A DNA stretch of 32,000 nt from Candidatus Heimdallarchaeota archaeon (GTDB taxonomy: Archaea; Asgardarchaeota; Heimdallarchaeia; Heimdallarchaeales; Heimdallarchaeaceae): assembly GCA_030668875.1 (NCBI GenBank), contig DAOVER010000012.1, positions 43,356 to 75,355 on the forward strand, given 5' to 3'. This document shows, in pieces, positions 25,741 through 32,000 of the stretch. Position 1 is the first letter of the stretch. The number at the start of each line of letters is the position of its first letter. A model generated the notes under the pieces. It searched no databases and had not been told where the DNA came from. It saw only the letters and a program-made list of their open reading frames with translations. Both the position numbers and the translations under genes were made by a program.

Positions 25741-26919
25741 GTGTCTACTCTAATCGCTTTCACTAAGTCATCATTCAAACTAAATATGGGAGCAAATATC
25801 TATTTTATTACTTGGAAAGTATTTATCTTGCTTGGTACTGCCTCTGTAGTTGAGTTTGTTTTTGGTTTGTCACAGATTTATAATTTTTTAATTTTATCAA
25901 TTGGATTACTTCTAATTCAACCATTTATTATAGAAATAGTTCTAATCAGAAAACATCGTATAAAAGAAGTGAAATATCTATTTGATGCAAAACGTATTCG
26001 ATTGCGTGACAATGGGCTTAGGATAAACCTTCTTACATTTTATATTCTAGACACTTTATTTGTGATTTTCATTTTTGCTATTCTATATATTCAACTAAGT
26101 TTGTCTGTACCTGAAATATTGTACTCAATAGAAGGCGTAATTGTAGTTTTTCTAATAATTATTCTACTTTTACTAGGCTTAGTATATGTCGTGATACAAA
26201 TACGAATACTCAGAAAATCTATGAATTTGCATTTTGATGAAATCACAGAAGAACAAAAACAAGAGTATTTCAATATTCTAGATAAGCTAAAAGAATCTAT
26301 GAAGATAGAAAGCACTTATTATACCTGTGTTCTAGTAAAAGGAGAGATTACGGGTCCAATTATTGTCCAAAAAAGAAGATTGAAAATTGTTCCTGATTGC
26401 ACGTTTTCACTTCCACAAACAATGATAGAAAATTCTATTTTTGATCGAGAAAAAGCTACTGAAAGGAGTTTGTATTTAAAATCCAGTCTACAATTTAGAA
26501 TTTTTCGCGTAACTTGTAGCGTATTAATACTACTATTTTTTATTCTTTTGATTGGTTGTATCGCTTTCATAGCTATAACAATTTTTACATTACTTTTATC
26601 TCAAACTAATCAAATATACTCCTATGGATATGTTTTCTGGCCAATAGTGTATCTTTTTATGATTTTTATAGGTGTTCAAATTTCGCTCAATTTATTAGTG
26701 AATGGTGCTTACATGGCAGCTGCACATTATGGATCAAAATTTGTTCTATCTCTTGAAGAATCTATAATATATAAGGAAGTAATTGATAAACAGCTTGAAG
26801 ATGCAGGGATTAGATTAAAAAAATGGCAAAGATTGGTAAAGAATATATCCATTCTCATTTTTGGTCCTTGGCAGCTTTATATTTCCTCAAGGAATATTAG
26901 AAAAATTGCAAAGAATTGA
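25741..26919 (+). CDS. Hypothetical multi-pass membrane protein
   Basis: 392-aa ORF with about 6 hydrophobic segments in pairs; very AT-rich; no recognisable motif; start uncertain (GTG 25741 or ATG 25786). Confidence 0.65.
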   Translation: MSTLIAFTKSSFKLNMGANIYFITWKVFILLGTASVVEFVFGLSQIYNFLILSIGLLLIQPFIIEIVLIRKHRIKEVKYLFDAKRIRLRDNGLRINLLTFYILDTLFVIFIFAILYIQLSLSVPEILYSIEGVIVVFLIIILLLLGLVYVVIQIRILRKSMNLHFDEITEEQKQEYFNILDKLKESMKIESTYYTCVLVKGEITGPIIVQKRRLKIVPDCTFSLPQTMIENSIFDREKATERSLYLKSSLQFRIFRVTCSVLILLFFILLIGCIAFIAITIFTLLLSQTNQIYSYGYVFWPIVYLFMIFIGVQISLNLLVNGAYMAAAHYGSKFVLSLEESIIYKEVIDKQLEDAGIRLKKWQRLVKNISILIFGPWQLYISSRNIRKIAKN

Positions 26920-26987
26920 TTACCTAAATCCTCTTACCACTGTAACAAGTTTATTATCTACCACGGCACATTATATAATTGAGGCTT

Positions 26988-27595
26988 TTGAATCTGAGCA
27001 CACTTCCTACAACGGACTTTGAACATGTAAAGAAGCTTATTAGTAAGGGAAAGTATGAAGAAGCCTTAAAAGACTTAGAAAGCATTAAAAAGCAGGTTTG
27101 AAAGAAAGACTAGAGTTTGCTCAGCTTGGGGGTCTTGTTGTAAAACTGATTAAAAACGGAAATGTTGTTGCTACAGAAATTATTAATGAAGAACCGATTC
27201 TACTTATTATATTATCTGAGAATGGAACACCTCTTTACACAAAAAATTATGTTGAAGGCAGTCAATTTGATGGTGTCTTAATAGGAGGATTTCTAGCAGC
27301 TATAATTAAATTCAGCCAAGAAACATTTTCAAGTGAAGGATCAATTGAAAGAATTAAACATCAAGAGTACACCTTGCTAGTGAAGGCAAAAAAGCCATTT
27401 CTATTCAGTTATGTAATTAAGGGACAAACCTATTCAGCCATGCAAAAGTTAGAAGCTCTAACCAGGATTATAGGAACATCAACATCTATATGGGACGATT
27501 TAAAAAGGGCAATTAAGACATCAAAAACAATTTCTGCGGGTTCTAAGAATATGATTGATGAATTAGCTAAAATGGTTTTTCCCAGCAAAGCTTAG
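26988..27595 (+). pseudogene. Frameshifted, apparently internally deleted TPR-longin-type gene
   Basis: 37-codon ORF 26988-27101 (FEHVKKLISKGKYEEALKDLE, TPR-like helix) overlaps, in the -1 frame, ORF 27098-27595, which encodes a longin/roadblock-like domain (LLIILSENGTPLY, LIGGFLAAI, SIERIKHQEYTLL). Confidence 0.6.
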
Positions 27596-27647
27596 AGTTG
27601 TTTTTTTGTTTGACGCTTTAGAAAACTTAATTACTTAAGGTAAACTC

Positions 27648-28091
27648 GTGTTTAACATGTCTTTAAAAGAAGAATTTCAAAAATTCACTAAAAATTCATG
27701 GGGAATTGGCGTTATAGTATCATGGGGAGCACTAATCGTATTTTCACTTTCTTATATGATTTGGTCTTTCATTGATATAGATATTCTAATAGGTTTGATT
27801 CAACTATTAGTTTTTGGTTCAGCTGCATTATATCTATTAACATACCTAATTGAACCCAAGGTCAAGTATGACAGCGATTTATTGTACAAGGTATTTTCAT
27901 TTGTACCTTTGGGTATTCTCTATCTAATAGCAGTCTTAGCTGGATCTCTTGGTAGCGCAGAACTACTGTGGCCATATTCTACAATGTTCTTAGCAAGTGT
28001 GGGTATAATTGTCTGTAACTACTATTATTTAAAGAAAAAAGATGAAACACCCATAGCTGCTAATACAGAAGAAGAAGAAGAAGAAGTATGA
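27648..28091 (+). CDS. Hypothetical 4-TM membrane protein with acidic tail
   Basis: Four hydrophobic segments; ends in TEEEEEEV. Confidence 0.7.
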   Translation: MFNMSLKEEFQKFTKNSWGIGVIVSWGALIVFSLSYMIWSFIDIDILIGLIQLLVFGSAALYLLTYLIEPKVKYDSDLLYKVFSFVPLGILYLIAVLAGSLGSAELLWPYSTMFLASVGIIVCNYYYLKKKDETPIAANTEEEEEEV

Positions 28092-28207
28092 ATAGATGAT
28101 TTCACTAAGAGATAAAAATAATTTGAAGTCATCATTCAATTTTTTTAAACAACGTTTTTAATGTTTAATTGTATTATAGATTAATAATAGTCCAACGGGG
28201 GGATTAA

Positions 28208-29269
28208 ATGAAAATAAATGTTAGTCGTTATATTCTATTGATAAGTATTATTGCAAGTTTAGTAATGAGTATTACAGGAATTACAACAACTACTGCTCTT
28301 TTAACACAACCCATTATTGCAGACCATACAATCGTAAACATGGTTCGTTATAATCAAATACCTGAATCAGCTATTACTCATGCTAAAAACACTCTTCATA
28401 TTGCCTATGAGCATACATCACATGGTTCTCAAATACCTGGTGGAATGTCACCATTAGCTGCCTTCAAAGAAGGACTTGGTGGAACGCACGTTATGAAACT
28501 TGGTCAAACTTGCAAGAAGCCTTCTGGCAAGATTGGATAAGATTTGCAGACACAGTTGTTTACGGTGAGTCTGTATTCCTACAATAGTACTTTCCTCCAT
28601 GACGATGCTATGGCAAGTTATGCTTCTTCAGCTGCAGATTTGGGTTATGCAGATTGGGCAGAAGCAACAAGAAACTTTCTAGAAGATCCAGCAAACGCTG
28701 ATGGTAATGTGGTAATGTGGTCTTGGTGTGGTCAAGCTGATGACTATATAGGGCAAACTATGATAGATCATTATCTAGGTCCGATGTCTCAACTTGAAAC
28801 AGACTTCCCTGATGTGATGTTTGTTTATATGACCGGTCATGTTGAGGGATTGGGAATAAATGGCAGTGTTTGGCTCAGTAATGAACAAATAAGAAATCAC
28901 TGTAAAAATAATAATAAGATACTGTTCGATTTTGCTGATATCGAATCTTATGATCCAGATGGCAATTATTATGGAGACAAAAATGTTACTGATAGTTGTA
29001 GCTGGTATAATGATACACATAATGGCAATTGGGCATTAGATTGGCAAGTAACACATACTGAAAATGTTGATTGGTATGACTGCGTTTGTGCGCACAGTTA
29101 TGCATTGAATGGAAACCTGAAAGCTTATGCAATCTGGTGGTTATGGGCCAAACTTGTGGGATGGAGCCCCACAGTAAGTGAAGGAATTGCGTTTGCACCA
29201 ATTATAAGTGTCATAGCCGCATCTATAGTAGTAATGGTTCTTATAAGATATAAGGGAAGAAATAGATAG
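28208..29269 (+). pseudogene. Secreted, C-terminally anchored protein (HTSHGSQ / WSWCGQ / YMTGH family) interrupted by an in-frame stop inside an apparent insertion
   Basis: Signal peptide and C-terminal TM plus basic tail. ORFs 28208-28540 and 28544-29269 are in the same frame, separated by TAA-GAT. Motifs IIADHT, HIAYEHTSHGSQ, NVVMWSWCGQ, FVYMTGH, FDFADIESYDPDG and AHS-x-ALN belong to one family as I recall it. Confidence 0.7.
28487..28564. other. Apparent 78-nt insertion bounded by a 3-nt ACG direct repeat
   Basis: ACG at 28484-28486 and 28562-28564. Deleting 78 nt gives GGT-GGA-ACG-GTG-AGT-CTG-TAT (GGTVSLY) and a continuous 327-aa ORF. Confidence 0.55.
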
Positions 29270-29327
29270 CTAAAATTCTTAACCTCTCTTATTTTTGTTA
29301 AAGTATTAACCAAGACTAAAATGACAA

Positions 29328-29888
29328 CTAACTCGTGTTTTTCTCCATTATTTTCAATAATTTAATTAGTGATGAAAATGTTGTAAAGTCAACTTCTTTT
29401 GGATCATCTTCCTTTGGGTTCCAACCAAAAAGAAACTTAGCATCTTGGGGGAATTTTGTTACATACCATATGAAAAATTGGTTCTTTGTTTCTACATCCT
29501 CAATTAGCTCATACTTTGCCGGGAATTTACGAAAACCTATTTTCACTTCCACATCATCCGGATTAGCTGTGATATTATTGAACCAATGAGCTTTCCCACC
29601 TCTTGCTGCTACAACATAAACCTCTCCATCTTTTCTTCTATATTCAAGAGGAGTTATCCTCATTTTACCTGTTTTTCGTCCCTTTGTGTACAGTAAAAGA
29701 AATATCTTACCAAAACCAAAGAGGGGAAATATTCCCAATTTATAGAGCGGGATAGTGACATATTTGTTAAGGCGCTTCCAACGTTTTAGCGATTTTTGTT
29801 GTTGAATCTTATCACCAAATAGGAAATTATGCTCCACTGAGCCTGGACGGGGAAACTCTCCACCTTCCTTTTGAACTGTTTTACTCAT
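29328..29888 (-). CDS. Deazaflavin (F420)-dependent nitroreductase family protein (DDN-like)
   Basis: LLLYTKGRKTGKMRITPLEY, VVAARGG and WFNNITANP. Confidence 0.85.
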   Translation of the reverse strand: MSKTVQKEGGEFPRPGSVEHNFLFGDKIQQQKSLKRWKRLNKYVTIPLYKLGIFPLFGFGKIFLLLYTKGRKTGKMRITPLEYRRKDGEVYVVAARGGKAHWFNNITANPDDVEVKIGFRKFPAKYELIEDVETKNQFFIWYVTKFPQDAKFLFGWNPKEDDPKEVDFTTFSSLIKLLKIMEKNTS

Positions 29889-30003
29889 AAATTACTATAA
29901 AATGCAACTTAAATAAAGCTTGTCCGCAATAAAAAAGTGAACCTTTGATTACCAATAAGTTTTTGTTTTCCTTTTGTATACATGTATAATTGAGGTTCTA
30001 TAG

Positions 30004-30390
30004 GTGAGAAAAGATAATTATCAAGCGTCATATGTATCTGAAATGATAGATGAAGAAGATGACATTGATCATTTTGAGGGATACGAGGAGGTTGAATTTG
30101 AGATAGGCCTCGAGTTATATGAATTAGGATTAGATGAAAACAAAAGAAAAAATACATCCAAAAAGGGAGATAAAATGACATTCAAACTATTGTTTGCATC
30201 CCTATTATCAATTATTTTTATGTTCATTACTCCTTTGACAGCGAAACAAATTGATCTGATAACATATTGGTGGGCACCTTTGATTGCGGCATTTGTGGGT
30301 GCTTTAGTGGGAGCATATATTGGTTCAATTTTTGATGCTTTCAACTCTAATCTATCAAGTAAAGAGAATAAAATTGATTTGCATAAGTAA
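30004..30390 (+). CDS. Hypothetical small membrane protein
   Basis: Acidic N-terminal part and two TM segments; start uncertain (GTG 30004, ATG 30043, or ATG 30175 with a GGAG SD). Confidence 0.55.
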   Translation: MRKDNYQASYVSEMIDEEDDIDHFEGYEEVEFEIGLELYELGLDENKRKNTSKKGDKMTFKLLFASLLSIIFMFITPLTAKQIDLITYWWAPLIAAFVGALVGAYIGSIFDAFNSNLSSKENKIDLHK

Positions 30391-30443
30391 ATTCTTTTGA
30401 ATCACTTTTTATAGCTGGAAAATGGAATATTATACTGGTTCAC

Positions 30444-31340
30444 ATGGGGAGAAAGATATATTTTCTAATGTTAATGTTATTATGTTTCAATTTTTATTAT
30501 TCAACTGACATAATGGTTGTAGCAAAAAACTATACAATTGAAGCTCATGATAGTATAACACTTTTTTACGAAGAATCGTCAGAAAGTGTAATTATTTTAG
30601 AATTTGAAAACTATGATAGTATGAAGTTTCATGTTGAGGTTAAAAATTTGAGTAACATTGTTTTGTCCTCACGACACAATTATACACAAGATTTACACTT
30701 AGCTTTCATTAAAGAAGGTCAATATACTGTTACTATAACTAACCCAAATGACGAAAATATAGAAATCAGTGCAAAACAAGTTTCTTTTCCAATTTTATTC
30801 AACTCAAATACTGAAGGATATTCATACAAGGACGATCTCTATTGTTGGTGTTTTAATTCTGTAGAAGAATCTAATAGAGCAATATTTCCAATAAGCACCA
30901 TCAGACCAAAATACTATGAACTTTTCTTTATTGTTGAAAATTTTGATGCATCAAGTGAGATTTGGCTCTCATACAAGAATCCAATAACTGAATCAGATTG
31001 GGCAACATTTCTTAATCCTGTAAGCTATTCAAGAAATGGCAAAGTTTCAGTTGAAGTTGAAGATGAGATGAATTGGCTAGTTACAGAATTATCTATGACA
31101 AGTGATTATGATGTGCTCATTATCCTTTATGATGCACCTGTATTCACAACATTTGGTAAGGTTTTAGTAGGTATCGCAGCAACTGGAGCTGCAATTGCTT
31201 TGTTCTTATTAGTTTATTATAATCCTCTCAAATTCAGAAAACGTAAGATTGAAGGCAAATCGTATGATAATGTAAAGAGCGATTACGAATCAATTGATAA
31301 AATGCCAATGAAAATCAAAGAAGTGTTTAATGAGGAGTAA
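30444..31340 (+). CDS. Hypothetical secreted protein with C-terminal membrane anchor
   Basis: N-terminal hydrophobic signal, beta-rich body, TM (FGKVLVGIAATGAAIALFLLVYY) and basic cytoplasmic tail. Confidence 0.7.
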   Translation: MGRKIYFLMLMLLCFNFYYSTDIMVVAKNYTIEAHDSITLFYEESSESVIILEFENYDSMKFHVEVKNLSNIVLSSRHNYTQDLHLAFIKEGQYTVTITNPNDENIEISAKQVSFPILFNSNTEGYSYKDDLYCWCFNSVEESNRAIFPISTIRPKYYELFFIVENFDASSEIWLSYKNPITESDWATFLNPVSYSRNGKVSVEVEDEMNWLVTELSMTSDYDVLIILYDAPVFTTFGKVLVGIAATGAAIALFLLVYYNPLKFRKRKIEGKSYDNVKSDYESIDKMPMKIKEVFNEE

Positions 31341-31343
31341 ACT

Positions 31344-31382
31344 AGAAAAAATAGAAAGAAAAAATAGAAAGAAAAAATGGAA
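31344..31382. repeat. 3 x 13-bp tandem repeat (AGAAAAAATAGAA)
   Basis: Two exact copies plus one with a single mismatch; reads as three T6 tracts on the minus strand directly after the SOR stop. Confidence 0.85.
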
Positions 31383-31384
31383 GT

Positions 31385-31768
31385 TTATTCAACTTTTATT
31401 TCTTTTTCAAATTTCCAAAAACCATGTATATTACAGTAAGATGTAGCTATAAGTTTTCCTGGCTTCTCAGTTTTTAGCTGAAAAACTGTAAAGGGTTCAG
31501 AATAAACTCCACTTGTGTCAGGTCCATTTATTGAAGCACCGTGTGCATCAAAATTAGCTAATCCTATTTGATAAGGGTATTTTTCACCTTCTGGCCAAAA
31601 CATTAGTTTTATCCATGAAATGTGATGTTCTGTTTTGTTAGGGTGAGATATCTCTTTTCCTACACTAACAGTAACAGGAGTTTTTTCTCCACTCTTAACA
31701 ACATCATCTACTTCAATAACAGGTACATGTTTTTCTGTTTTCCAATCGGCAGTTCCGTATAAATCCAT
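31385..31768 (-). CDS. sor: Superoxide reductase, class II (neelaredoxin-like)
   Basis: ADWKTEKHVP, HPNKTEHHISWI and SYCNIHG iron ligands; start moved to ATG 31768. Confidence 0.9.
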   Translation of the reverse strand: MDLYGTADWKTEKHVPVIEVDDVVKSGEKTPVTVSVGKEISHPNKTEHHISWIKLMFWPEGEKYPYQIGLANFDAHGASINGPDTSGVYSEPFTVFQLKTEKPGKLIATSYCNIHGFWKFEKEIKVE

Positions 31769-31850
31769 GCGAATACACCTAGTTCTAGAAAAAAACAAGC
31801 TATAACTATATATCTTGGAAATTCAAAAATAAAAAAAAAAAGATTACTAT

Positions 31851-32000
31851 CTAGTAATCATCGTAAGTTGTTGTTAGAGGCTCATCGTCAGTGTCTTCTT
31901 CTGAATCATCTTTATCATCAAGAACTGTAGGTTCTAGTGGAACATAAGCTGATACAGGTTCAGGATCAGGTTCATAGACTGATTCTTCTACTGGTGCAGG
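31851..32000 (-). CDS. 3' end of a gene running off the window; acidic, Pro-rich tail
   Basis: Open frame PAPVEESVYEPDPEPVSAYVPLEPTVLDDKDDSEEDTDDEPLTTTYDDY* ending at TAG 31851-31853. Confidence 0.7.
   Translation of the reverse strand, partial: PAPVEESVYEPDPEPVSAYVPLEPTVLDDKDDSEEDTDDEPLTTTYDDY

Noticed and set aside
28538-28540. Stop-codon recoding (Sec/Pyl) joining the two halves
   Set aside because: The stop is TAA, which is not used for Sec (TGA) or Pyl (TAG), and readthrough would not explain the extra 26 codons.
28490-28555. In-frame GT...AG excision (60 or 66 nt) that would also remove the stop
   Set aside because: GTTATG is not a 5' splice consensus, archaea lack a spliceosome, and the ACG-bounded 78-nt deletion fits the family better; probably chance.
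28478-28570. Canonical bulge-helix-bulge archaeal intron as explanation of the insert
   Set aside because: Hand testing of 4-bp helix/3-nt bulge registers at in-frame lengths (75, 78, 81) gave no fully paired central helix; the best near-match (74 nt) would shift the frame.
2590-30344. Many 60-106 aa antisense or alternate-frame ORFs in the track (e.g. 2590-2787, 4917-5231, 6060-6380, 7240-7506, 17598-18054, 23638-23919, 30069-30344)
   Set aside because: They lie within well-supported genes, lack motifs and SDs, and are the expected shadow ORFs.
1-32000. CRISPR arrays, IS elements, tRNA or rRNA genes
   Set aside because: No repeat-spacer periodicity, transposase ORF, cloverleaf or GC-rich RNA-like stretch was seen; a tRNAscan/Infernal run would confirm.

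Overview
AT-rich archaeal chromosomal segment with about 37 protein-coding genes. I found no rRNA, tRNA, CRISPR array or transposase. Gene content suggests an Asgard archaeon, possibly Heimdallarchaeia (inference only): GGTGA/GGAG Shine-Dalgarno motifs, class V FBP aldolase/phosphatase, AK6/Fap7 kinase, a Ras-like GTPase, a TPR/longin-type remnant, a HEAT protein and C-terminally anchored surface proteins. In order: M24 peptidase; membrane Zn-ribbon protein; ArvA/OapA-like GTPase + DUF2073 (ArvB/OapB) pair without an adjacent ArvC; AK6; PlsY-like protein with an altered catalytic motif; phosphohexomutase; YkgJ Cys-cluster protein; three fructose-bisphosphate enzymes (class V FBPA/P, class I FBPase, class II aldolase); DUF4234; aldo-keto reductase; MFS + TIM-barrel pair; stand-alone E2-like domain; GNAT; acyl-CoA dehydrogenase; ArsR/ArsP-like permease/MTH895 cassette with a palindromic operator; G3-degenerate small GTPase; Cys-rich methyltransferase fusion; exonuclease III; an unannotated 41-aa ORF; a second MFS paralog; HEAT protein with two tandem small Zn-binding paralogs; a collapsed TPR-longin gene; a secreted-protein gene interrupted by an apparent 78-nt insertion; F420-dependent DDN-family reductase; membrane proteins; superoxide reductase. 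All family calls come from motif recognition by eye; no database searches were run.
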